The position numbers were made by a program, and so were the translations under genes. This document shows, piece by piece, positions 14,690-28,767 of a stretch of DNA of 64,000 bases. The notes under the pieces are model-generated. The model saw only the letters and a list, made by a program, of their open reading frames with translations, did no database searches and was not told the origin of the DNA. The number at the start of each line of letters is the position of its first letter. Within the stretch, counting starts at the first letter, position 1. Source of the DNA: the human T2T-CHM13v2.0 reference genome, Homo sapiens; the NCBI RefSeq assembly GCF_009914755.1, contig NC_060931.1; one strand, written 5' to 3'.

Positions 14690-14850
14690 GCCTGCTCTTT
14701 AATAGTAAGTGAGCTCTGTTTCCAGAGCCTCAGTTTACCTCAGGTTTCCTGAAATGAGAAAAATGTTCATGCCCGTATCGGCCTTGCAGGGTCATTGTGA
14801 AGATCAAGGAAAATCATTGAATAAAAATTATTTGTAGACTGTTTGACAAA
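14690..14850 (+). mobile_element. MIR fragment
   Basis: GAGCCTCAGTTT...AAATG...GGGTCATTGTGAAGATCAA core. Confidence 0.6.
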
Positions 14851-15439
14851 TGGAAGCCCACACAGGGCTCCCTTGAGTTCTGTGAAGATGGGTACCTCCT
14901 TTCTCTGTGGTCTGGCAGTACCCTGTGTTCTCCACTATTAGAGAAAACCTCATCATAGCGTAAATATTGAAATCTTCCCTTTATTAAATTGTGAGTTTAA
15001 GGAGAGAGGACAACTTACCTTTGTAACCAGTGCTTAGTAGAGTGTTCAGAACATAGGAATCTATTTGATAACAGTTTGCCAAATGGGTGTGAGCAAGTCA
15101 TTCTCAGGATTTAGCTGCAAGATATTTTTATTTAATGTCACACAAAATGAATCCTATTCTTGCTAATCTCCAAATAATCACAATCTGAATGGCTTGCTTA
15201 GTGATAATTTTATTCATGTAAGAATTATTTATCATATGGCATAGAGGATGTTGTCCCTGGGGTGGGGGTAATTACTGTGGAAAGTAAATGACTCCCTTAT
15301 GCTTTTTGCCTTTGGGATTGAGTTACCTTGAATCACATGGGATTCAGGTGTGTTCCTGCCAAGCAATTTCACTGCCCTGCAGGGGAGCTCGAATTAACAG
15401 GAAAGAGTTGAAGCAATTAGTCCAAAACAGTGATTCTCC

Positions 15440-15607
15440 ATGTGTAGCTCTGAAAGAACAATGTAAATATTACTTGAGAACTTTTTAAAAATGCAATCCT
15501 TGGTCCTCAGACCTAAGAAATTAGAAAGTCTGTGGATGGAACTGAGTAATCTATGGTTTAATCACCTGCAAGTGATTCTGATACCCACTTGTGTTTGGGA
15601 ACAACTT
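15440..15607. mobile_element. MER5-type hAT-Charlie MITE
   Basis: AATCTATGGTTTAA...GTGATTCTGAT...GTTTGGGAACAACT resembles MER5A/B. Confidence 0.55.
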
Positions 15608-16697
15608 CCAAAACCAAGGAAAATCCAGCGAGTTCTCTGTTAATGAAGGTTCTTACCATCTCATGTAGGATGGCTTCATCTCCAGGTAACCATCCCAACT
15701 TTGACTGACTTCACAATTAAGAAGTTAATTATGTCACATTACAAGGGGTCCAGATGGAGAGTGGATTCAGAATCAGTGTGGTGTTGGACCGGGCCCCAAT
15801 CCCACTTCTCTGTGGTTCTCCTCACTCTGCCTTCCTTTGTGGATTGACTTTGTTTTTGTGCTTGGTGAATGGCCATGGCTGTTACAGATGTCACATCCAA
15901 AACAAAGACATCTCGTCTGGTGTTCTCTTCTCAACAGTTAGGAAAACTTTCAGTGAAGCTGCAGTTGAACACCTCTTCCTATGTGTTTTTTGGCAAACAT
16001 GGAGTCACGTGGGAACTCCTGTACCAGTTCTATGGAAAGAGGTGGATACTACTTTGACAGATCAGTTGAGTTTTGATTTTTAATCTGGATATTCAGTTCT
16101 TCTCTGTGAGTTCCATGTGTGTGAGAACTGGTCACCAGAACAGGAGAAGACTGAAGCTCTGCCTGCAAGTCTTGTTTTTGTAATTTTTTTTTTTAACATA
16201 CAGTTCACTTTTTTGGATTTACTGTTCTATGACCCTTTTAAAAAAACTTTTTATTTTGAACTAAGTATAGACACAGGAAGTTGCAAAGATGATATGGAGG
16301 GATCCCATGTAACTTTCCTGCAGTTTCTCCCAGTGGTTATATCATATGTAACTGTAGCATAATACCAAAATCAGAAAACTGACATTAGCACAATGTGCAT
16401 GTACAGTTCTGTGCGCTTTTATCACACATGCAGATTCATCTAACTGCAATCAGGATACAGAACTATTCTATCACCTCAAACATCTCCCTTATGATAGCCC
16501 TTTTTAGTCATGTGCAACACCCCCATTCCTAATCCCTGGCAACCACTAATATGTGCTTCGTCTTAATACTCTTGTCATTTTAAGACTGTCATATAAATGG
16601 AATTATATAGTATGTGACTTTTTGAGATTGACATTTTTCATTCAGTAATATCCTTGAGATTCATCTAGGTTGCATGTATCAATAGTCTGTTCATTTC

Positions 16698-17003
16698 CTT
16701 TATTTTTATTTTTTATTTTTTTTGGAGACAGAGTCTCACTCTCTTGCCCAGACTGGAGTGCAGTGGTATGATCTCGGCTCACTGCAACCTCCGTCTCCTG
16801 GGATCAAGTGAATCTCTTGCCTTAGCCTCTCAAGCAGCTGGGATTATAGGCGCCCACCATGCCTGGCTAATTTTTGTATTTTTAATAGAAGCAGGATTTC
16901 AATATGTTGGCCAGACAGGTCTTGAACTCCTGATCTCAGGTGATCTGGCCATGTTGGCCTCCCAAAGTGCTGGGATTACAGGCGTGATCCACTGTGTCCG
17001 GCC
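16698..17003 (-). mobile_element. Alu (AluS-like)
   Basis: Full reverse Alu. Confidence 0.9.
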
Positions 17004-17211
17004 ATCCATTCATTTTCATTGGTATGGAGACAGATTGCTTAATCATTCACCTATTGAAGGAAATTTTGGTTGTTTCCAGTTTTGCACTATTACTAATAAA
17101 GTTTCTGTGAACATTCATGTACAGGATCTTGTGTGAACATGTTTTCATTGTTTAAATAAGTGCTCACGAATATGATTGCTGGATTATATGGTAAGGGTAT
17201 GTTCAGTTTTC

Positions 17212-17798
<587 letters not shown>

Positions 17799-18723
17799 TG
17801 TATGCTCAATTTTTAAAGCAACTACCAAACTATTTCTGGAGTGGGCATACCATTTAGTCATCTCACCAGCAATGTATGAGATATCTAATTTAACTGCATC
17901 CTTGCTACCATTTGGTATTTACATTAATTTTTATTTTAGTTGTTTTAAGACTTGTGTAGTGATATCCCAGCTTGATTTTAATTTGTATTTCCCTGATGGC
18001 TAGTGATGTTGGACATCTTTTCATGGTCTTATTTGCTAATGTGTATCTTCTTCACTGATATGTCTCTTCATGTTTGAATTTGAAAAATTCAAATTATAAT
18101 TTTTTCTTTCATGAATTATTCTTTTTGTTTTGCATCACTGTATTCTTTATTTGTTTTTTTTTTTTTCTGTGCTAATATCTTTCTCCTCTTCTTCAGGCTC
18201 ATCATTGATCAGAATGTTAGAGTCTTTGGTATGGTTTCATACATTCCTCAGGCTATGCTTTTTTTTCTCAATCATCTTTTTCCCTCTGTTGTTCATATTA
18301 GGTGATTTTTATTGCTCTATCTTCTAGCTTCCTGATTCTTTAATTTTCATATACATTCAGTTATTGAGCCTCTCCAGGGAATTTTTTATTTCTATTATTT
18401 TATATTTCATTTCCGTAATTTTCCATTTGGTTCTTTTTTTATAGCCACTAATTCTTTGCCAGGAATTAGTGTAATTGTTTCAAGAGTGTTTGCTGTCACC
18501 TAATGGAGCATGGTTATAATTGCTTTAAAATATTTATCTAATAATTTCAACATCTCTGTTATCTTGGGATTGCCATCTGTTAATTGCCTTTTCCTCTGAG
18601 AATTTTAAAAAAGGTTTTCCTGGCTCTTATGTATGTTGTATAATTGTGGATTCTCTCTTGGATATTTTAAATATTATGTTACAAGATTTTGGGTCCTAAT
18701 AAAATATTCTGGGGGAATGTTGA

Positions 18724-19042
18724 TTTTTTTTTTTTTTTTTTTTGAGACAGGGTCTCACTCTGTAGCCCAGGCTGGAGTGCAGTGGTGCTATCTCTGCTCA
18801 CTGCAGCCTTGACCTCCTGGCGTCAGTTGATCCACCTCAGTGGCCCCCAAGTAGCTGGAACTTCAGGTGTGTGCCACCACGCCTTGCTATTTTTTTGTTT
18901 TGTTTTGTTTTGCTTTTGCTTTTGTAAAGATGGGGTTTCATCATGTTTCCTAGGCTGGCCTCAAACTCCTGAGCTCAAGCAATCCACCTGCCTTGGCCTC
19001 CCAAAGTGCTGAGATTACAGGTGTGAGCCACAGTGCCCAGCC
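18724..19042 (-). mobile_element. Alu (AluJ-like)
   Basis: Reverse Alu with (TTTG)n in the linker. Confidence 0.88.
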
Positions 19043-20399
19043 TGTTTTGCTTTATTTTAACAGGCAGTTAACTTAGTTGGCTTTGCTCTGCAAGTCTTGA
19101 CCCATTTTCTTTAGGCTGTGCATTCAATGTTAATTTAATTTCAAAGCTGTTGCAGTGCTATTTTGTCTGCTTTACATGTGTGCCACCTAGGGGCCAGTCT
19201 GGGTCCTGGAGAGTGTTCAATGTTGTAGTTTAGTTCTCAAAGTCTTTGCTATGTTGATTCTTGTCCATTCCATAGCTCACGGATGATCTCAGGACTTTAC
19301 ACATTGATCTAAAGGCTCTCGTCTTTAGCTCCTTCTACTCTGTGATGTTCCTCACACATAGCAATTCTTAGGGTCACTCTTTCCTGGTGCCCTAGTTAGG
19401 AAGCTGGTACTTTAGCGTTTCTGTGCTGTTGCATGCTTCCTATGACAGCGTGCACTTCAGGGCAAAGCAGCAAGTCATGGAGGCTGCGGGGCTGCTATCA
19501 CCACTGCCACCACTGCAGGAGTCCAGATTTGTTATGGGTGTTCACCGGAACTAGGATTGGGAGACGCGACAGAGCTCCATACTGCAGGGACTCTTTTGTA
19601 GGTTCTCTGGTGAGTGTAAGAGTGTGTGTTTTTATTTTTTCTCTCCCTTGGAGCCTTTTCCATATGTCACAATTCCAGGATTTCGGTTGCCCCAAACTCT
19701 ATGTAAGGCAATATGAGAGGAACCAAATTTTAAGAAAAAGGGAAAAAAATTTACTGCCATCTGGGTTATTTGCTGAGTTTGATTTCTCTGTGCAGTCTCT
19801 CTGCTTCTATTTACTTTTCAACATTCTTCAATAACTTTTTTCTATACTATTTTAAGACATATTAGTTGCAGTAAGTGGGAGATAGGGTGGGATGGTCTTA
19901 ATCCATCCTAACTGGAAACAGAACCTTAAATCTTGGCTTTGAAGTAAAAAGGTCATGGTCCAGATATAAGGAAGGATAATTTGGAAGAATATTTATCAAA
20001 TTTTTAAAAATTTACTCTCTAGGAGTCTAGATAAATTTGTCTAAAATACAAATGGATGAGATTATTAGGAAAAACTGAATGGAAATAGTTTTAAGAGGGA
20101 CCCTGTACCCATCTCTTCTCCCCTACCATGTTATCTCCAAGGTGGAGACAACACAGCCCCAAATAGCACTTGGGACCTGAGTGTAGAGGAGGCTAGTGCT
20201 CCACTTCCATCTGAAGACCTGGGCGGTGAAAGCCTTCCAGGGAATCTGTGCTCTCATGGCATGAGAGTGGTAGAATAGAGATGACAGGGGGTCATTGAGG
20301 CAGAGATAGTCCCACGGAGTTACTCTCGGTACCAGGGATGTCAAAGAACAGCTGAGGGTTCTCTATGTCTCTGAGAAAAGGGGGAGAGAGGTCTCATGG

Positions 20400-21320
20400 T
20401 CAGGATGAGAGGTCATAGCAACAAAGGGCCTGTGGCCCTGGAGACAGGAGCCCAAATTTAAATGTGGGCCTTTCAGTAGAGTTCAGCAGTGAGACAGGGA
20501 GATGTGGCGGATTGCTCAGGACCATCCAACATCGTGAATGTTGGTAAGGGGAGAGATCAGACCTGTGTACAAATTTGGGAGCAGTGAGTGCATGAGTGGT
20601 ATGGTATTTAAAGCCATGAGCTTGGCTGAGGTGTGGGTGAGAGGAGAAACTGGCAAACGCTGAGTCCAGGACACTCTGAAGTTCAGAGGATGGAAAGAGG
20701 AGGAGGAAATGATAGAGACTGAGAAGGTTGGGCCAGAGAGGTGGGAGGGGAGGTAAGATAAAATGGTGAGGAAGAATGAAGTACTGTGCCAAACACCACT
20801 GCTGGGGTCATGCAGGAAGAGGTTAGCTTTGGTCCGGCTCTTATATGTGGAAACATGGAGCATGGAGATCACAGAAGAAAAGTCAGTGGAGTGGTAAGGA
20901 CAGAGCTTGACAGCCATGGATTTAAGGTGGATAGAATAAAGAGTTGTGGACAGAAACAATATACACTTGATCTTAGCTAAAAGGTGGAGAAGCAATGACA
21001 GAAGATTGACAATTATTTTGAAGAATTCTGATGTTAATAAAGATACAGTGCAGTACTTGGAGGAACTGATTTTTATTGTATGGTAGCAATCTTAGCGTGT
21101 TTGTGTGCTCATTAAAGGGTGTAAAACTGATGATCCTGCAAAGGGTACGAGATGCAGCCAGTGCAGCAGGGGGGAGCTGTCTTTAGGTAGGGACAAAGTG
21201 AGTCAAGCCATTGTGTCAGGAGGGAAGGCAGATGGTGTTAGTAAAGATGAGGCAAGCTGGTCCATTTGGTGGAGGGATTCTGTGAAAGTTTTATTCTAAC
21301 TGCCTCTGTTTACTCAGTGA
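20400..21320 (-). mobile_element. L2 fragment
   Basis: Purine-rich strand with AAATTTGGGAG and GGTATTTAAAGCCATGAG motifs of antisense L2. Confidence 0.6.
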
Positions 21321-23153
21321 AATATCAAGCCTTAGTTTTTGCATTTGTAAAATAAAACATGTAATACCTACCTATTTTATTGGTTTAGTGAGCATCACAG
21401 AGGGCCCATTTAAACATATTTTGGAAATTGCAAGACATTGTACAAATATAATCATTGTCATTGGCTTTGATAAAGTTGTTCCCTCTCTTTGGATATCGAT
21501 GTTTTCTTCCTGAGGTCCTCAGGATTCTAGAATGTTGATTTGGGAGGCATCAGCTCCTCACCGCCCTAGCCTGACAACAACTCCTTTAGGGTGAATTCTC
21601 TTCCCTCATCCTTACACTGAAGGAATGGTAATCCATAAGTCCTATTGCTAATTGAATTTTAGATTTTGCATTATGATTCTGCCATCCTATGCTTTCAAAT
21701 TAGACCTAGAGGCTCTGACACCAGAGTAAACAGACATTGCATTTCATATTCTCACCTGGAGAAATACAATTTTGCTTGAATGGAAGATGCAAGGAGCATG
21801 GTTTAAACCTCAGATTCTCTCAAAGAGATGAAAAGGAGAATTCTACTCAATGCCCTTAAAATCTAGGTGTTGGCAACTTTCCTTTCAATGGATAAAAGTA
21901 ATTGTTAGTAGACTTTTGAGGATTTCTTTTAAATTTTCTTAGCTCAGTGGACACTAAATAGCATTAAAAGTTGAAAACCACTTGTCCCTATCCATTTATT
22001 ATCTTTTGAAGAGACATTCTTTAGACAGAAGTTGAAATTATGTTTTTTTATTAGTGTAAGAAGGGAAACTAATTCAGATTAATGAGAAATTACAGAAATT
22101 AGCAAGAGAGAATTTCAGCATCAGAAAAAAGTAAGTTATTTAAATTACCTTTGAGGCGATTATTTTCAAGATTTATAAATTACAATTAAATATGAAGCAT
22201 TTGAGTCATGAAAGTTCTTTAAGCTATGAAACTTCTAATTGCTTATTGCCCCTAATTTTAATAAAGCTTTTTAACAGAGACAAAGAGGCAATTTTACCTG
22301 AAAACACGGAATATTTTACTTACAACTTTGAAACCACATTACCATAACCTTTCAAAGGAATCAGTCAAGTGTTTCTTGATCATCTCATGCATTCAAGTCG
22401 ATTGCATGCTCATCTGACAGTTTGCTAGGCTCTTTGGGAACCACTCAGCTCTGACCAACTCAATTTATGTTTGAAACTTATTCCATCCAAGCAGCATTAG
22501 ACTTAAGTGTAGCTGGGAAAGAGATAAGTTAGATTTGGCCTGCAGGGGCCTTTGTTCTTCATTCCTTTCTTTCCTGGATTAAGCCCTCCTTTCTTCCTTC
22601 CCTCTCTGGTCTGTGCGGGGCTTCATGTACTCTTACCCATCCACTTCTCTAAGGAATAAAACCTCCATTCAAATAATCAAGTAGAATGGCTTCAGTTTGA
22701 AAAGGTGGGGGGTGGTAGAGGGGCAAAAAAGAGCAGAGACTGGGAGCAAGTTTTGTTATTAGTCATAAAGCCAAATGTTACTTTTGTAAACCAATATGAG
22801 ATGTCTTGTGAGAAAGCACCAGTAGACATGGAATTCTGATTTACAATGACTGATGCATGAGGCATGCGGTCTGTCCTACACAGATAATTTGTGATTCTGT
22901 AGTGAGTATAGAGGGACCGGTTCTCCTCTGAGGGAAATTCAGCTTTAGACATGATTTCCAAAAAGTTCCATCCTCTGGATCCTTTCATATAAAGACTTTT
23001 CTGCTAACTCCATGGTTTTCTCAGCGCCTTTCAGGGTCAAAGGAATTCCCTGATCTAGGTAAGGTGTGAGCATCAACCTTAAATTCCTTAGTAAGACTCA
23101 TCTTCAGGCACCCAAATGCAAGTTTAGGTTGCACATCCCCTTTTTAACCCCTT

Positions 23154-23540
23154 TGTGTTAGTCCGCTAGGGCTGCCATAACAAAATACCGCAAACTGGGC
23201 AGCTTAAACAAGAGAAAACTATTTTCTCACAGTTCTGGAAGCCAGAAGCCCAAACTCAAGGTGCCACTAAGGTTGGTTCCTGGTGAGGCCTCTCCTCCTG
23301 ACTTATAGCTGGCCACCTTCTAGCTATGTCCTCACATAGCCTTTCCTCTGTGTGTGTCCACTCCTGCTCTCTCTTCTTTTCCTGTAAGGACACCAGTCTT
23401 ATCAAATTAGGTAAGACTAAGCTTTATGATCTCATTTAACTTTATTGACTTCCCTAAAGGCTCCATATGCAAATACAGTCACATTGGGGGTTAGGGCTTC
23501 AACATTAAATTTTTTGGGGAAGGCAATTCAGTCCATAACA
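23154..23540 (-). mobile_element. MaLR solo LTR (MLT1A/B-like)
   Basis: TGTGTTAGTCCGCTAGGGCTGCCATAACAAAATACC...ATTCAGTCCATAACA; 5-bp TSD CCCTT/CCCTC. Confidence 0.85.
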
Positions 23541-25230
23541 CCCTCCTTCCCTTCTTGGACTCTTCTTGTGATATAGGTTTCATAGTAAATGTCTCATTTC
23601 CTAATCACCGTTGAACTAGCAAACCTTCGCTTTTGTGCATTATAGTAGAAGAGAGACTGATGACCTTGCTTTCGTGGCTTTCTCCTTTGATTGTCATGGC
23701 TGCATATGGACTTTTAATGCTTTCCTCTTTGCACATCATCCACTGAGTAGAGAGTTGTGGAAGAGGTGGTTGCTGAGGCAGGTGGCTGACATCAGGGAAG
23801 ATGGCAAGAAGTGAGTCAGTCTTGGGATGGAAGAATCTGGGAGCAGGTAGCATTAGGAGAATGAGGGTTGTATTAAGTATTTAGTCACATTTCATCCATG
23901 GTGTTCTCTTCATGTTGTACTGATTGAAACGATAAAGCTGTGGATGGCCAAGGTCACGCTGGTCATTAACTGCAGGTTGGACCTGGAACTCCCACCTGGA
24001 TGATTCCAGTGCCAGAACCTGACTTCCCTTGGAAATCCAGCTACTTACTATTCCCCAAACCTCCCACCTCCACTTTTTCACTACCCTTGGCTTCTCCTCC
24101 TTCTCTCCTTCTTTGAATTATGTCATCATTAATTCCTTTGTACTTTTTCCATGTCTCAGCCCCTGCCAAAGGCCCTTATTCCCTTCTCCTTGGACAGTTG
24201 TGATAGCCTTCTTCCTGCTGGCCTTCCTGCCTCTAAGCTGTGCTAAAGGGGAGGTGGATAGTTGAGATGGTTATTTACAGAGAAAGGGAAGGACAGAAAG
24301 CAGGGCTCCCAGGATTCTCTATGGACAAATTCTGTTCTCTTTCAGCCACTTGTATCAGTGAGGCATCTTAGTGAGATAAGAGAGACAGAGAGACAGAGAG
24401 AGAGAGAGAGGCAGATGCTCCTTCCTGATGACCATGGCAGGCCGGCCTCAAATCCTGACTCAGCCATTCCCCTAGAAGCTGGTTTTTATGAACCATTTGG
24501 TGGACTATGTATCAACAGGATCAACAAGAAAAATACAAGTTAATGTTGCATATTATAAAGAGATAAATTTTAATGTAGAAAACTTCTATAGGTGATGGAA
24601 GAGCCAAGAAGCCAGGGAGGCAATGGTGAAGTGACTCAGAAATCGGCAATTAGGGTAACAAATGGCCAATGGGGGCTCCAGGCTGGAGGAACAAGGGCAG
24701 GAGATGGAACTGCTGCAACTCAGGGTCACTTATGCAGGCTGGAGCCCTGACAGGGAAGGGAAGTGCAGGGGGAAGGATGGAGGGTGGAGGAGAGGAGACA
24801 GGGAAGAGAATTTCTCTAGAGAACTCTGCCACACTGGCCGCTTTAACTCACTAACACCCACACACAACTGGCTCAGCTCAGGGCTGCTTGTTTCTGCTCA
24901 CCAAGGAGCCCACCAGATGCTCTTTGCTCAGGGGGTTTTGACACATGTGGGGTTCCAGGGCCCAGGCTGCTTCAATCTTGTTCTGCCATCCCCTAGGGCC
25001 TCTAATGGAGAGAGGAGAACATTGACTGACACTGAGGGCCTGGACTTGGAAGTGACAACGGTATTCCCCTCACCTTCAGTGGCAAGAGTGAGCCACTTGG
25101 CCCAGTGCAAGGGGGCTAGGAAGTCCCTTGCTGAGCATCGCCCTGGGCAGCGGCTCAGCACTGTGTGAGGAGAGTGCCATCCTAAGGGACATTGGTCACC
25201 TCTGCCTCATGGCTTAGATACTATTTTGCT

Positions 25231-25246
25231 TGTGAAGGAAACCAAA

Positions 25247-25279
<33 letters not shown>

Positions 25280-25385
25280 TTGGAAATATTTAGAGATAGC
25301 TATTCTGAGGGACTGGAAATACAAGAGTAGCAGAAAAGCTGTCCTTCTTGGGAAGAGCTGTATCTGTGGAGAAATTCTGCATCCC
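25231..25385 (+). mobile_element. MER34/39-like LTR fragment with (TA)n
   Basis: TGTGAAGGAAACCAAAATATTTC...AAAAGCTGTC start motif. Confidence 0.45.
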
Positions 25386-25389
25386 CCTT

Positions 25390-26965
25390 CTTGGGGTAAA
25401 CAGAACTTACAGTGTCTTTTATCTAGTCTGCCAGGCTGCCTGGTTGCTCCCTCAGGAATAACCTCCTATGTGTCTGGATCATATAAAACTGTCTGCAGTT
25501 GCTCAGTGTTGAGATGTGGGTCCCACATCAATCCAAATGTATGCTTTTCTGCTCTGTAACATTTAAAACCAAAGATACTGCCCCTAAATTGGTCACTCTT
25601 GTAATCCATTTTAGTAAAGATGTCTCAGGAAGCTGATATTACTGATCTACAAAATGGAACAATTCCTTCACACTATACCATTTGGTTTCAATAGTTAGTT
25701 GGTTCGCCCTTCCTTCATATTGATTATTTTCTTGGTAACCACAAGTCTCAGAGGTACTTTCTGTTGTTCCTGCATAATATTTTCCTTTGTTGTTGACTTT
25801 GAGGCTAGAATCCTGAGCTCAGATGGACCCACATCTGAGTTTGATCCAGCTTCAAGTTCTGACTCAGCACCCTCTTTTACTTTCATTTTAGCCATTATAG
25901 ATAACAGTCACCAAAAGATTGAATATTTTTTTTTTCCTTATTAGTTTGCATTTCCTTATGTATCCAAAGAAACAATTCCTGGAGAGTAGGATCCATCTCT
26001 AAATTCCATTGGTAACTTTCACCTTTAGTAATTGATCTCAACATAGCTGTGGCTTTATAACATGGGTGACCACCTGGCTACCCAGGAATCAAATATTCCT
26101 CATCCCCCACTCTTTTATCCTTTCTCTTCCCAAGCCACATGTTTCCATGAGTCAGTGCCATTCCAATAAATCCCACTTCACTCACCAATTGTGTAGAGAA
26201 AAACTTTTCTCAAACTGCATGTTCCCTCCACTCTCACACCACATTAGTGATCAACACAGAAGACTTCTGTGACCAAATGTGTGGGTATTTTTTTTCCCAA
26301 ACACCAAGGAGAAGACAGCAGCTAAGTGTCCTTTAATTTAGTTCTGACACTGTCTACTCAGAGATAGTGTCAGATCCCACAGGTTGAAGGCTCAGTCTCT
26401 GAGACTGCCCCTCTATACACACCAGTTGCAAGTCCAGGCATCTGGAACTTCTGACTGACCAGCTTTATGTTGGGGTTCCCATGACCCTCTCTTTGGGTTC
26501 AGTTAATTTGCTGGAGTGGCTCACAGAATTCAGGGAAACACTTATGTTTACTGGTTTATTATAAAGAATATTGCGAAGGATACAGATAAAGAGACACATA
26601 GAGGAAGGTATAGGGGAAGGGACATGGAGCTTTCATGCCCTCCCTGGGTGCCACCCTCCAGGAACCTCCACTGTCTAACTGTCCAGAAGCTCACTGAACC
26701 TCTTCCTCTTGGGTTTTTATGGAAGCTTCAAGAAATCAGCATTCATTCCCCCAGTGTGTAGTATGGGACCTTCTCATGGGAGGGTCTTAAGATCCACAGT
26801 CAGAAAGACAGGGGAACATTAGAGTAAAAGGAGGGCAGGAGAAAGTAAGAGGCCTGTCCCTGAGGCCTAACACACCCAACATTATGAGAAAAGACTGTAA
26901 CAAGGGCTATGGGAGTTATGATCCAGGAACTGTGGACAAAAACCAATGTATATCATAACACCACA
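25390..26965 (-). mobile_element. MER21 LTR (26190-26965) plus adjacent internal region
   Basis: MER21 motif ACTTCTGTGACCAAATGTGTGGG; PBS TGGTGAGTGAAGTGGGAT (26170-26187, minus), 15/18 to tRNA-Leu TGGTGTCAGAAGTGGGAT; degraded gag-like LLKWITRVTNLG. Confidence 0.7.
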
Positions 26966-27112
26966 CTGCCAAAGTAAGCTTAATAAGTGAAGGAGAAATA
27001 AAATCTTTTCTAGACAAGCAATTGCTAAGGGAATTCATTGCCACTAGACCAGCCTTACATGAGGTCCTTAAGGGAGTTCTAAACATAGAACTCAAAGAAT
27101 GATACCTAATAC

Positions 27113-27642
27113 TATGGAGTTGGTTCCTTTCAGTGAGTTCTTGGTCTTGCTGACTTCAAAAATGAAGCTGTGGACCTTTGCGGTGAGTGTTACAGCTCTT
27201 AAAGGTGGCATGGACCCAAAGATTGAGCAACAGCAAGATTTACTGTGAAGAGCGAAAGAACAAAGCTTCCACAGCATGGAAGGGGACCGCAGCAGGTTGC
27301 CGCTTCTGGCTGGGGTGGCCAGCTTTTATTCCCTTATTTGTCCCAGCCCATGTCCTGCTGATTGGTCCATTTTACAGAGTGCTGATTGGTCCATTTTACA
27401 GAGTGCTGATGGGTCCATTTTACAAACCTCTAGCTAGCCACAGAGCACTGATTGGTGCGTTTTTACAGAGCACTGATTGGTGCATTTTACAAACCTCCAG
27501 CTAGCCAGAGTGCTGATTAGTGCATTTTACAATCCTAGCTACAGAGCGCTGATTGGTGCATTTTACAATCCTCTTGTAAGACAGAAAGAAAAGTTCTCCA
27601 AGTCCCCACCCAACCAAGAAGCCCAGCTGGCTTCACCTCTCA
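27113..27642 (-). mobile_element. Solo LTR12-type (ERV9) LTR inserted in the L1 inter-ORF region
   Basis: Minus strand starts TGAGAGGTGAAGCCAGCTGGGC; tandem GCTGATTGGT(C/G)CATTTTACA repeats; 4-bp TSD ATAC (27109-27112, 27643-27646). Confidence 0.9.
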
Positions 27643-28459
27643 ATACCACAGAAACACACTTAAGTACATAGCCCACAGGCTCTATAAAGCAACTACACAG
27701 TCAAGACCACAAAGCAACCAGTGACCAACTTTACAACAGGATCAAAACCTCACATATCAATATTAACTTTGAATGCAAATAGTCTAACACCCCACTTAAA
27801 AGACACAGATTGGCAACTTGGATAAAAAACAAGACCCAACCATCTGTTGCCTTCAAGAGACGCATCTCATATGTAATGACACACATAGGTTCCAAGTAAA
27901 GGGTTGGAGAAAGATCTATCACACAAACAGAAAACAATAAAGAGCAGGGGTTGCTATCCTTATAACAGATAAAACAGACTTTAAACCAACAACAGTAAAA
28001 AAGGACAATGAAGGGCATTACATTATGATAAAAAGTTGAATTTCATGTGAAGACTTACCTATCCTAAATATATGTACACTCAACACTGGAGTACCCAGAT
28101 TCATAAAACAAGTACTTCTAGATCTAGGAAAAAACTTAGAAAAATACACTGCAATAGTTGCAGACATCAGCACCCCCCTGACAACATTAGATCATTGAGG
28201 GAGAAAACTAACAAGGAAATTCTGGACTTAAACTTGATGCTTGACAAATTGGACCTAATAGACATTGATAGAATACAGCACCCAACAGCTAGAGAATATA
28301 CAATCTTCTCATCTATACATGGAACATACTCTAAAATTGACCACATGCTATGTCATAAAGCAAATATCAATAAATTTAAAAAAATGGAAATCAAACCAAG
28401 CATATTCCTGGACTATAGTGGAATAAAAATAGAAATCAATACCAAGAAAATCTCTAAAC

Positions 28460-28767
28460 CAGAGGTACCCAACCTTTTTGGCATCAGGGACTGGTTTTAT
28501 GCAAGACAACTTTTCCACAGACTGGGGGAAGTGGGGATATTTTTGGGATGAAACTGTCCCACCTCAGATCATCAGGCATTAGATTCTCATAAGGAGTATG
28601 CCACCTAGATCCCTCACATGTGCAGTTCACAATAGGGTTCACACTCCTGCGAGGCTCTAATGCTGCTACTGATTTGACAGGAGGCAGAACTCAGGTGGTA
28701 ATGCTTACTTGCCTGCTGCTCACCTCCTGCTTCGTGACCTGGAGTTGGGGGAAGTTGGAGACCCTTG
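28460..28767 (+). mobile_element. MER1B hAT-Charlie MITE in L1 ORF2
   Basis: TIRs CAGAGGTACCCAAC...GTTGGAGACCCTTG; perfect 8-bp TSD CTCTAAAC (28452-28459, 28768-28775). Confidence 0.88.

Noticed and set aside
16744-17136. ORFs with LECSG/ASASQ/WDYR motifs (also near 1143, 12198, 17360, 36815, 39666, 44609, 48656)
   Set aside because: Alu-derived translations.
24662-25168. 168-aa ATG ORF upstream of ABCA13
   Set aside because: Lies in degraded MaLR-like sequence; no recognisable domain or splice context.
27350-27575. Regularly repeated ~24-nt units resembling a CRISPR array
   Set aside because: Known internal tandem repeats of LTR12; no unique spacers, eukaryotic context.
28072-28551. 159-aa ORF
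   Set aside because: L1 ORF2 endonuclease fragment running into MER1B.
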